Source: Dimorphilus gyrociliatus (Eukaryota > Animalia > Annelida). From it: a stretch of DNA of 64,000 nt. The DNA lies in contig CAJFCJ010000005.1 of assembly GCA_904063045.1 (NCBI GenBank), positions 4,121,689 to 4,185,688 on the forward strand, given 5' to 3'. Every line of letters begins with the position of its first letter. Position 1 is the stretch's first letter. Positions 28,077 to 39,928 of the stretch are shown piece after piece. Below the pieces are notes generated by a model. The model saw only the letters and a program-made list of their open reading frames with translations, had not been told where the DNA came from and ran no database searches. Position numbers and translations under genes: made by a program.

Positions 28077-28323
28077 TTAACCAATTTGACGCCGCCTTCC
28101 TTTCACAACATCGGACAAGTTGGGCACGACTGCAATGATAGCAACGATAAAGATGAAGACCAAGTTGACGGTGGAGCCCAACTCAAATCTGTTTAGAGAG
28201 GAACGGAGAGAATAAAAGGCGGCTAGAAAATAATATTGTTACGTTATTTTGTTAAAGAAACAAGTCGCCTTACACGGAAAACGTGTCGTCTCTTTTATAC
28301 AGACTCTGAAAAACTCTTAACAT
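28077..28323 (-). CDS. Unknown spliced 53-aa membrane microprotein (upstream ORF)
   Basis: Exons 28323-28274 and 28188-28077 are joined across a clean 85-nt GTAAGG...CTAAACAG intron. Product: MLRVFQSLYKRDDTFSVFELGSTVNLVFIFIVAIIAVVPNLSDVVKGRRRQIG*. Its stop lies 12 nt before the next ATG. Confidence 0.5.
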
Positions 28324-28501
28324 TCGTTTAAAGGAAGCGGCTTTCATTCGCAGCGGCGTCTCCTAAATGGAATATATCATTCTCGTCGTCAATTCTCTAT
28401 CTAAGGCTCATTCGAAAGCCTTTAGAGGACGAGGGAAAGAGGTAGAGAGCGAGTCAGAAAAACACACTAACGCCCTCTGGACGATTTAAATTTATTCCTC
28501 C

Positions 28502-28526
28502 CCGCCATTTTTGGTGAGTGACGTCA
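28502..28526. promoter_or_regulatory. Bidirectional promoter core with YY1-like CCGCCATTTT and CRE TGACGTCA
   Basis: The motifs sit in the 222-nt gap between divergent ATGs at 28323 (-) and 28546 (+). Confidence 0.5.
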
Positions 28527-28545
28527 CTAGTTTACAAACAGAACG

Positions 28546-29431
28546 ATGTCGGCCGAGAGCATCTTGCTCATTTTATTAGTTATATTAAGCAATGTAAGCA
28601 TTAAAATAGCTGAAAATGAATTACTAAATGCTGAATTTTTTCCTAAAAGGTGTTCGGATTCGAATCAGTTCAATGCAGAAGGACAAAGAGTAAATCCTCT
28701 TTTTCATTATTTTCCCATATAGCAGCAGAAAATATTCATTTAAAATAAAAATAAAAAAATTAAGAATGCAAGTCCCTCTCTCTTCCTCCTCCTCCTCCTT
28801 CTTCTCCCCTTTTCCTCTCTTCTCTTATTTAAGCGTTTAGCGTTTCTTTTTTCTCTCTTAACTAACCAATAAGCCTATTCTATTCAACAGAAGGCCAGAT
28901 TATACCCTATACTTGTTTTGAACCAAAAGTTTGTTGCGAAGGTGGATGCTGCTTATCTTCCATTACGCACGATTATACTAATCTTCGTTTACGAATATGG
29001 AACCTCTGGTACTTCTGGTAAGACTATTTAATTGATTTATTAATAGAAACGCCAATTATTTATACAGGCTACTATTTCTCCTGCTCTTAATCATCTCTTG
29101 CGTTGGTGGTTGCGGATATTGGAGACGTCGACAGCTTCTCGCCCAAACTAGATCAGCGCCGATTAGTGGCTTGTCGTTAGGCTTCTTTAGGCCTATGAGT
29201 ACGACAAGATCGTCGAGAACTACGATGACAATACCTTTGTTCACTTATAACCCTAGGAGAAATTGTACCTTGACAATGGTGCCTGAAGTAAGCACTGTAG
29301 TTCCAAAGCCACCATCATACTCTGAAGTCGTAAAAGAGAAGAGGACAGAGAATAATTTTCCACCATATCCACCGCCCAACTACGAACAGACAAGTAATAA
29401 TAATATAGGGACAAATAGCTGCAGTACCTAG
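28546..29431 (+). CDS. VOPP1: VOPP1/WBP1-family type I membrane protein with PY motifs, 4 exons, ~192 aa
   Basis: Exons 28546-28593, 28650-28689, 28891-29017 and 29068-29431 are phase-compatible. Signal peptide, Cys-rich CFEPKVCCEGGCC, IWNLWYFWLLFLLLLIISCVGGCGYWRRR TM segment, cytoplasmic PPSY and PPPNY. Confidence 0.75.
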
Positions 29432-29975
29432 ATAAATCTATTACCTTTTTCTTTCTTTCTTTATAGTTAGAACAACAATCAAACGATATTAGTTACTGGA
29501 TTTATTACAATCATTTTATCATAATGATAAATTTGTTTATCATTTCGTATGCTAAAATATTCAAACATTTTTAAATATTCTATTTTTACAATGCAAAAAG
29601 ATAAGAAACCAACAAAAATACATTCAATCACTGTTTTTTTCTTTTCGCGCCTCTTTTGATGAAAAGGTGATCGTCATTCCATCTGTTATAGACGCAGCTA
29701 TACAACTAACCTAAGAAAAAGTATCATTCTTTAATTTTCCTATACGAATTATTCATGGGCTAAAAAGGAAATTCTATTAAGTTGAATAATTCGAAAAGAA
29801 GAAGAAAACAAAAGCAAATTTTTCGCTTTTTTCTTTCTCTTAACATTTGCACTATTGCTAAGGAGAGAAGAGAAAGAGAAAAAGAAAGAGAGAAAGAATT
29901 ATGAATGATTGATTTTGTATTGATGTAACAGTACTTTTTTATTTACATTTAATGTGGATAAAAATAAAAAATATA

Positions 29976-31517
29976 TCAAATTTTCCCTTCTGCATACAAT
30001 TGTAACCTTCTTCTTGTTTCGTCTTTTACTTCAATATCTTTTAATCTTTTTCCAAACTTTTCAGCAATTCTATAAATTCCAGATTGAATAGAGAATTTAC
30101 ACGAATTTAGAACTGATGTTAAATCAGGTGAATCCAATAGTTCGTAACCTATTAAATTGATTCTTGAAGTGTTCAAGCTTAGTTTATAGTTATCTAAACT
30201 ATTTGAAAGTTTAATAAAACAATTCATAGAATCCGAAAGACGAGCTCTAACAACGCCATATTGATCTTCTTCGTATGAAAAGTAAATCAGATTTACTAGA
30301 ATTCCAACAAATTGAACGCAATTCTGACATTCCGACTTTAAAGAATTTAACTTTCTATACTTAGTAAAATATTGAATAATAGGCCATTTCTTTAGCTGAT
30401 TCTTTTGCTTAATTAGGAATGTTTTCTTCTCTTTGCCGTTTGTTTTTACCGTCGTTGTTGCTTCAGCGTTATTGTCGTTGTTGTCAAGTTTTACTATAAA
30501 TTCACTTAGACTTCTTAGACTGCTCTCAAAGATTATATTGCATATTGCAGAATATCCATGATGAGGTAAAAGGTTATATATTTTCTTACGAACGTTAGAA
30601 TCATTCTGACAGTGTTTTCTTAGATAAATTAGAAACAAATTTCTACCCAATCCTGGAGTTTCTATTAAATTCTTTACGAAATCGTGCGATTCCATATGCT
30701 CTATCGGGAATTGATAGAATTCAGTTAGAAATATATTAAATATTACAACTGAGCCGTCGAATATAACTGTAACTGCAAAAATTAATGATAATATTTTGAA
30801 GGTGCGTGATAAATCAAAAAGTCCCCAAATCGTGCTAAAACTTCCAATTAGGCAGAAAATCATGATAGAGAGAAGAAACGATACGAAAAATCTTCTGATT
30901 GTTCTAACCAATGATCTAATCAATAGAAAGGAATAACAATTTTTATTAGCTTATGTACAAAAGTTGATATGTTGGAGGCATAAACTATTTATACACATCT
31001 GAAATTATTTATTTAAATACCTCTTTATAATGGGAAATAATCTGCACTTTAATTGAAACCATGTTGCCTGCTGAATGGGATGAAAGAAGAGTAGATATTC
31101 AGATCTGCAGAAGAAATTTAACGTATTTCCGACAGCTATTATGAGAATGGTGAGAAGTGAATCCAAATAATCCATATTAATTGTGAAACAGCATAACTGG
31201 GCAAGAATAAAATGGAGAAGACCGTGCTCTAAACCTTCCCATAAGAAATTAGCAAATTCCCCAAAGTTGGCGTATTCTTTAACTTCTCCCTTGTAAAATT
31301 TGCAACTATGATAGAATAGGAATATCGAGATTGCTGAGGTAGCAGCCAATCTGGAACAAAACCATATAGAAATCCCATTTAGCCCGGAAAAAGAGCACGA
31401 AAATAAGAAACCGAGTAAAATCAAAACAACGCTGGTAAAAAGACAAGAAAATAATGATGCTATTATCCTTCTCCATCTTGTAACATTATCGTTAAACCAT
31501 AAATGGGCAGTTTGCAT
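29976..31517 (-). CDS. NDC1: Nucleoporin NDC1, 2 exons
   Basis: N-terminal WRRIIASLFSCLF multi-TM region. The C-terminus EEDQYGVV...IQSGIYRIAEKFGKRLKDI...RRLQLYAE resembles NDC1. One 97-nt intron at about 31017-30921. Confidence 0.78.
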
Positions 31518-32949
31518 GTTTTTCGAAGAGATTGATATATAATAACAAGTCCAAAGTAGATTTCTGAGTTTTTCGCACAAGATTTTACCGGTTTTGAATC
31601 GAAATGTATTCGAATCGAACTTTTTCACGGTGTCCGTGAAATATAAAAACCCCCGGCATTAACAAAACAGCTTAAAATCTGAAAGCCTTCGCAAAGAACG
31701 CTATGACAACAGAATAGCATCATAAAAAGAGTTTTATTTCGCATAATTAATTAAGTTTACCATTGATACAATCTAAAGAAAATGAAGACAAAAACTAGAC
31801 AAAAAAGAGGAAATTGTGATACAAAACACGTAAATTTCATTTAGTGTCATAAATTTTTTAAGCAAAAAAAAAAGGACCTTCCTAAGTATCTAAGAGAATT
31901 CTCTTGATACTATAAATTCTTCTATTAATAAGAGAAAAGAGAAAATATCAACTAAGAATAAAAAATTGAAATGTCACATTTATTCATTTAGAATTAGAAA
32001 AGTACACGAATTACATTTTCTCTCTCTCATTTCTCTTCTTCTGCCTTCTTTACCTTCTTTGCCTTCTTAAATTTTGTAAAGTTCATTGCTTTGAGTATGT
32101 TTATTCTTTATACTTTTTAAGTAGTTGTACTTATAAATCAATAAACAAGGTGGTAAATTACGATAGAAACGGAAATAGAACTTACTAACGTTCGTTTCCT
32201 TTCAAAACATAAACATTCTTTAATAGGAAGAAAATTAGTCCAGATGATGACGTCATCTGTATATATAGACATACACTGTATATATGTATGGAAATGTCTA
32301 TAGGAGCGCTCGTCCAATAAAAGGAAATGATGGATTAATGTTGTAGCTTGTTTATTCTTTTATAATGAGATTTAGAGCGGAAGACGATGGAATATTAAAC
32401 ATATTAATATATTAATAAGTTAGCTTTGGGGGTTAGGGATAGGAAGAGAGGAAAAAAAGGACTAGGAAGAAAGATGGCGAACAAAGACCCTAGTTGATTT
32501 CATCTTTTTAATTACTAATATATTATTGTTTCAAGATAAAAGAACTGATTAAATTAATATTTTGTCATTTAATATATTTAAATTAGGTCATTGAAATAGG
32601 AAAGAAAAAAATAACAATTGTTTATACTGTACAAGCAGCGTTTAATAAATTGTTTGTCAAAAGAAAAAAAAATAGCATCAATATTCATGAATATTCATAA
32701 ATCTAGAAAATATGTTTATAGTATATTTAAAATTTTAGCAGCAGGCACATTATTATATCATATTTATAATATATATACATATTTTTCGTTAAAGAAGAAG
32801 AGAATTTCCCCTCCAGCTACTTCTACTCATACATTTTAATCTCTTACTCTCTTTCTTCTTGTTCTTCTTGCTCCTCTTCCTTTCTTCTCGTTTATCTCAC
32901 ACACTCTCTTCTTCTCCTTCATCTCATTCTACCTATCTTTATCAATATC

Positions 32950-33607
32950 CTATCTACATATTAAGAAAACAAATATGTAAAGCAAAATAAACTTGAGATG
33001 GCAGCTGACAGTCGGAATGGATTTGTTTGAATATGGATCAGTTTCTGCACTCAATTTCTTATCCAAACTGATCCAAAGATCTTTGAATTCTGTGGGATGC
33101 TTGTTATAATGCTTACGTCTGTGATTTAGGTCTTGTTTCCTAAATTGGAAAAACATGCGTAATACAAATTGTGCGTTTGATAATTAATTATAAATTAGAG
33201 TTAATAGTTTACAAATGATCGTACTACCTCGAATATTTAACATCATTTTCCCTAAGGAAACGTATCCTACTTAAATCCGGCAGATGTCGTGTTTGAAGGT
33301 AGTCGAATTTGATAGTTTCGTTAGCGGGAATATGAGTAATTGTAAAGCCTTTCCTTTCCAGTTGTTTCCTAATTGAGTTATTACCAAGGAAGTGTCCTAG
33401 ATAATTGAATGCAGTAAAGAATTTATATTAATTAATTTGCTAAATAGGCTTTTTGAATTAGATGAGAAGAAGAGATCAATTTCTTATTGAACGTTAAGAA
33501 CTGTCGAAAATTTAATTATATATTTAACCTAATACGTTTACACAATTAATACCAAAAATTTGCCTTTTCTATGGCTATTTACTAAAGATTATCACTTTCT
33601 TTCTCTT

Positions 33608-33638
<31 letters not shown>

Positions 33639-36387
33639 ATGAAATATCCTAATATCTATATAAAGAATTTATAGCTATATTTATCAATTCTAAACCCCCA
33701 TATTTTACTTGACTTATTGCATTTTCTTTCTTTTTATACTTTTTGAAGCTGAATGAATTGACCCGCCCCCCTCCCATCGTCTCCTCCTCCCTTTCTAGTT
33801 CACCACTACCACTGCCACCCCCCGTTAACTGGCATAAATTCCTCACAAATTAAAAATAGATTATTCATCTCTCTATAAGAAGAGAAGGAATGACTGGAGG
33901 AGGGCTAGAAGTGAGAAAGAGAAACGATTTATTGCCCATTCAAGAGATCCTTAAGTTATATGTTTGATTGAACTTTTCGAATAAGAAGAAAGAGAGCGGG
34001 AATAGAATGATAAATGTTGACAGAGAAAAGGTTTTTGTATCGAAAAACAATAAATTTTAGCAAAAGATGGATTAACGAGCAGTGTATATCTTTCTCTATG
34101 AATAAAACCCCCTTCTTTTAAGACTGTATACAGATATTGTATATATACAATATAATAAACTATATACAAATAGAATGGATATTAAATTTCTATAGATAAC
34201 TAGTTAGAAGAGTAGAACAGACTCTAGGTCTAGTCGTACTTGTAATATTTATATTATTTGTATAGGATAGCGAGACCAAGGTACTGGGTGTAATGTATCT
34301 TTCGCTCTATCTATAAAAGAGTTCTATTTGGTCTCTTTACTCTCTAAATATGTATAAATAAATACATTTTATATATGCGGTGTATACAATGTTTTATCTC
34401 TCTCTCTCTCTCTCGCTCTATCTCGCTCTCTCTCTCTTTGCCTATATATGTTAAAGCTTTTCACACTGGTTTTCTACGAGAGTTCAAGCGCGTGTCAACA
34501 TCGCTGCGGGTATTAATTGAAGCATTGAATAAAAGTACCGAAGCTGTCAATCATTCGGCATTAATCACCACATACTGCGAGTGTGTGGTGATTGATTTCC
34601 GAATAAACGGATACTATCGAATAAGTTTAATTGTTCAGAAGTAATACCTGCACCAAAGGCGAAGAAGAAGGAGACGTCGCGGTGCTTCTTTAGCAGTCTG
34701 TTAACTCTTTTAGTCATTCGAAGATTTCTCTTCTCTATCAAATTTTTTTTAAAATACGTATCGATATACGAAGTTGAATCTTCCTTAGACTTTTGACCAT
34801 TCAAAAACTCATTTAAATTTCCACAAAGATAGTTGTTCAATAGAGTCTTTGCCGAATACGTTTCCTGAGATCCATCCCTCCTAGATTCGTGCTCGAATAA
34901 AGTACGATTAAGGGCGAAGAGTACCTGCGTGCGTAATAGAAAGAAAATTACGGGATGCTATATTTAGAGAATAAGTGAACAAGAGATTTTATTGGATTGT
35001 GGAAAGAGCTGAAAATCGCCTACGGCTAATATCCTCGACTTTCGCGGCCAAGGTGAAAATTGCATTAATTGTAGAACGAAATAAATATCTATTTTGTGTT
35101 TTGTTCTCTAAATAAGAAAAACTTTTCCTTCGTTCTATACGAGAACATTATTTATATTAGAACGATTGTAGAAATATCCTATTTGTAAAACTTTACGCCT
35201 AATTAAGGTCGGGGTGTTGAAAACTCAACAGTCTACAGTGCAAGCTACCTAATAGGAAGCAGAAGATTGTCTGACGTTTATATCACCCATCTGTCGATAT
35301 AGGTGATACATCTCACTATTTCTTTATTTTTGCCCTCTTCCGTTTTAAGTACAATAAAAATTTCACCTTTTCTTTCTCATATATCTTTTCTCTCTTCTAC
35401 TTCCTTATCTTATCAACTTGCTAATGCTTATACTATGGTATTGGATTGCTAACTTCCCTAAAGCGCTTACTCTCTCTCTCTCTCTCTCGCTCTTTTCTCA
35501 CTAACACACCATAGTATAGTCCTATATAAACGCAACTAATCATAGGAAATGAGTGCTCAGCGGTTGGTCTTACGTACTTCATAAACATTTATAAACAAGA
35601 AAACAAAGAAAGTAAAAAGTAGGATTTTTAAAAAGGAAATGCAGGAAGGAAGGAAAGATGGAGGGAGGTATAAATTAAGAGGAAAAGAATGAACAAAAGA
35701 AAGAAAAGCAAGAGGAAGTGGAGGAGAGAGAAAAAAAGGAGAATTAATGCAAATAAGAACCTGCGAGAAGTCTAGTTGATTGAGCGGAAGGCAGTGTTCA
35801 AACACTCTTTCAATGGCGCCAACTTTCTTATTTAAGCTATGAGCTTTACTGGTGAGATAGAGGTCAAGAACTGACTCGCCTTTCACCGCTATGTTATTCT
35901 TCGTTAACGAATTTAACATTAATATCACCCAAATTGGTCTCTTCCGTCTCCATTTTCTAGTAAACAACTGATAGAGGTAGTCGGCGAATAAGCCTTTTCG
36001 ACGCTGTTCATCTGTAATCCAAGAGGAAAGGCGTTTCCTGACATATTCCAACTGTTTCTTAATCCTACCATAGATCGTAGCTGGTAGTATTGACGATAAA
36101 GTATTTCGTCCCGATAGAAATTGGCATTTGGCCAATGATTTTACTGTTTGTACATCAGTCAGGTCGAGTTCGAAGACGGTTGAATCCGAGTTAGCAAAGG
36201 CTTCTTTAACATTATCCGGAAGACGGTCCCAAACAGCGGTGTAAGCAACGTGAACAGTACCAAATAGAAAACTAGGAACTACACTATGATGCGATTCTAT
36301 CTTCCATAAGAAAGAATTAATAGCTTTCTCATTATTCGAGCAACATTGAGCAACGTATAGCAAACAGCTAAAAACTACTAAAAGCAT
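32950..36387 (-). CDS. TRABD2: Metalloprotease TIKI (TraB/PrgY family, Wnt-inactivating), 4 exons
   Basis: Signal peptide, NSFLWKI, SFLFGTVHVAY, VFELDL, RKRPIWVILMLNSLT, VLDLYL, GAIERVFEHCLPLN, SFFFAFGAG|HFLGNNS, and a C-terminal hydrophobic (GPI/TM) tail. Exons 36387-35761, 34924-34648, 33396-~33228, ~33142-32950. Confidence 0.9.
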
Positions 36388-37780
36388 GTTCAACGATAAT
36401 TCTTACGCCATAATTTACCTAGCTTAAGCGAATTAATTCTGAATCGTGTAAAAAATTCATTCGACCGCCCATTGGACGATAGCGGTTGTCAATCATACCA
36501 AATTGACAAGGTATCAGTACTGTGCTGCCATCTTCCCGCCAACTTTTCCAGGAACAAAACGGGTTTTTTTTTACATATAAATAGAGAGTTTTACTTGTAC
36601 AATGTAATGTTTTACCAACGAGTAGGCCGTTAATTTTATTTAATTGTTAGAGTTTTAAAAGCTTTGCACTCACCAATTTGTTTTTTAAAGAGAAAAGCCT
36701 TTTTAAGTCAATTACAAATATTTTATAATAGTCTTTTAGTAAAAGCAGTTTATTTGACATATTTTTCCCTATAGTAACCAAGAAAACCCTTCTTTTTCCT
36801 CTTGTATTTTATCTTAACTATTATCGGAATAATTAACGGAATAAAAAGAAGTATTAACCAGTCTATTCACTAAAGAGTCATTAAAAGGAATGGTTTCCAT
36901 CCCCCCTTCCCCGCCAATCCTTTCTCTTCTATAGTTGTAAAGTTATTTATGACCATGTAACTTTTCATTGCTTTGCTGTTGAACCTTTCTCTCTCTCTCT
37001 CTCTCTCCATAAAGTAGGTTTATAGGCAATAAATAGAAAAAAATCCCTTCATTCTGTTAACAAACTAAATAGGAAACATACTTTGGAGCGTTGGTGTGTA
37101 TAAATTGACACATATAGAATTTTAATTGAAAAAGTATATTTAATACATATGTATATACAGTATATACTGCATATCATTCAATAGTTTTATGACTATATGA
37201 GTAATATATATATATATATATATATTCGTTAATATTGTTTTATTACACTTTGCTAAGGCTAGAATCAGCTAAAACAATAGATAAACACAATTGGACAATA
37301 GTGCGTTTCTCTTACTTTACTCACTAGGTGGACCTATTATATTATATAAACGGATATTGACATAAGGGAAGAACAAGGGAAACGGAGACCAGAAATAACA
37401 ATTAGAGGTATAATGCTTATTCTATATATAAATATATATAATAAATCTATATATGAAAAATCATTCTACGGAACGTGCATAATTCCATCAAATGTTCCGG
37501 ATCGTCAAACCAATTTAATGTTAAAAGTATACTGTAAAAGAGAAGATCCTCCTTACCTGTATAATTAAGTTTATACAGGTATATAAATTGATATTTGTTT
37601 AATATCTTATTCTATTTTTTTCACCTTTCGCCAATAAAATGGATTGAAAATGAGAAAAAGAACATTTTGACTTTTGATAAATGATTAATTGATATTCAAA
37701 CCAATAAAACAATTGCCTATTGATTTTCTTTATTTTATACATAAAAATAATTGGTTGATTGCAGGCTATCCTTAGAAATT

Positions 37781-37813
<33 letters not shown>

Positions 37814-38288
37814 TACATATAGCGGCTTGTTTTCTTTTTTATATTGTATAAATTGTTAAATTAAACAGAGCAAAGAAGTTAGAGAAAGAGAAAAAGTATA
37901 GTTCTTTAACAAATAAACTTTTAAACTTTGTAATATGATACTTTTTATTCCTATGTGTTTAAATCTAAGAGTAGGAGAGAAAGAAAGAAAGATAATATAT
38001 AAATATAGAGGGAGAAAAAAACGAAAGGAAAGAGGAAGAAAGCTATAATTAACGAATTATCAAGTTTAATTATGATCTTTATACCATATACTGTATATAA
38101 TATATATGTACAGTATATATTTTTAAATATAACCGTTGTAATCTTATTATTACTTTTTTCGCTTCTTAAAACATTCTAAATTATTAAACAGTTGCAAATT
38201 CTACTTTTAATCGCTATTTTTATTACTAGCATTAGGTGGGCTATTTTTCTTATAGATAAATTCACCGCGGCGTTGTTTATTCTCCATT

Positions 38289-38314
38289 ACTTCCGGTTTC
38301 AATTACACTTCCGG
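38289..38314 (+). promoter_or_regulatory. Tandem ETS/GABP-type sites (ACTTCCGG x2) before ZC4H2
   Basis: ACTTCCGG occurs at 38289 and 38307, immediately upstream of the ATG at 38321. Confidence 0.45.
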
Positions 38315-38320
38315 AGAAAG

Positions 38321-39214
38321 ATGACAGACGACACAGATTCAAGCGTCCCTCAATGCCTGGAAAAATTGGAAAAAGTAAAGGAAATAAAGTAAATTAGTTT
38401 ATATTCTCTATACTAAACCTTTCGTATGCAATCATACGCCTCATTTACAAGTGTAAAGTACTTTAATCTAATTGTATAAGAAATTGCGTGCAATCGATTT
38501 TTGACGGTGCAGATTATAATTACTATTATTTTATTATAGAAATGCAACGATGCATGTCGAAAAGTTACGAACAAAATTAAAATCGGAACTGGAAAGCGTC
38601 GTAGACGAGGAAAAAAACATTTCCGAATATAAATCGGAATTAGAGCTTCTCCATCAAGAGAAAATGGCTCACGTCGAAGAGTTAAGGCTGATTCACGCCG
38701 ATCTCAATTTAGTAGGTTTCTTTGCGGTTACATTCAAAGTATAGTGTTGACTGGTGAAACATCCTTTCAGATGGAAGCTACCATTAAGGCTGCTGAAGAG
38801 GAAAGGTTAAGAACTATTCAAAATGCTAGGTCTCTCCTCGAGGAGTTTGTTCCACTTAAACATACAGTCGATTCAATGAGAAAAATTCTTGGTTTGGAAA
38901 TACTTCCTGATCTACAGCCGGAAGTAGCTTCTACACTCGAACGTCAAGGTGCTATTCCAACTACCTCTGAAGAGTTAATTACGGCACCACCCACGTCGTT
39001 GATGCTGTCCACTATGGCCAATAGAACAGTAAATAGTATAGAGTCTCTTGCGACGACGTCAAGACCCGGTTTCAGACAACAACCCCCACCGATGAAATCT
39101 TGCTTGTCTTGTCATCAACAAATTCATCGAAACGCTCCAATTTGTCCTCTATGTAAAGCGAAGAGCCGTTCTCGTAATCCGAAGAAGCCTAGAAGAAAGA
39201 ACAATGACGACTAA
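38321..39214 (+). CDS. ZC4H2: Zinc finger C4H2 domain-containing protein, 3 exons
   Basis: LLHQEKMAHVEELRLIHADLN coiled coil and FRQQPPPMKSCLSCHQQIHRNAPICPLCKAKSRSRNPKKPRRK zinc finger. Confidence 0.96.
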
Positions 39215-39928
39215 GAAAAGAGACGTCGTTTCTTTTCTCTCTCTTTTTACTCGTGTTTTGTATTCCAGTTGTCAATTCTAAGAAGAATCTCTGTTTAGAT
39301 AGATGTTTGTTTTAGTTTGATTTTATTCTGTTCTCTCTTTTTTGTTCTACTGTTTTAGTAGTTTGTTAGTCAGAGAAAGAAAGATTTTATTTAATGTATT
39401 TGTATTCTTTTCTTTAAATAAAAGACAACAAAACAAAATAGAAATAAGCAGAGTTGCTTTTCAATTAAGCTATTCTCCAAGAAATCTTCCTTTACCACTC
39501 CCTCATCCTACTTTTCAAAAAATAAATACCGAGCTAGATTGGACTCTTCTTCTCTAATTCTAGTAATATATGTCTAATTTACAACCATTCTTAAATCGAG
39601 AGATAGCGTGAATGGGCAGTTTGTTATTTTTTAAGTATATTCTTGTTTTTAAGTGAATAAAAATAAACTGTATTGTCTTCCTAAATATTTACAAAACAGT
39701 AATTTGCTTAACTATACAACTTTTTATTCTTTTGCAGTTTTTTACAATAACAGTTCTTTGTCAAGATGTCCTTGCCTCTTTTTTCTTTTTCTCTCTTATA
39801 AGTACTTTTATAAATGTATGATAATAATCATAATAATAACGTTATTTCCTATATAATTTATATCAAAGTCCTTCACAAAGTGCTTCAACTTCTACGATAT
39901 ACAAATTATAATAAAGCAAATTTTCTGG

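Noticed and set aside
34560-34596. 16-bp hairpin in a TIKI intron
   Set aside because: Too short for a pre-miRNA and pairs better on the non-transcribed strand.
37554-37581. 11-bp perfect inverted repeat TACCTGTATAA/TTATACAGGTA
   Set aside because: Isolated, with no TSD or second copy; cannot be called a transposon end.
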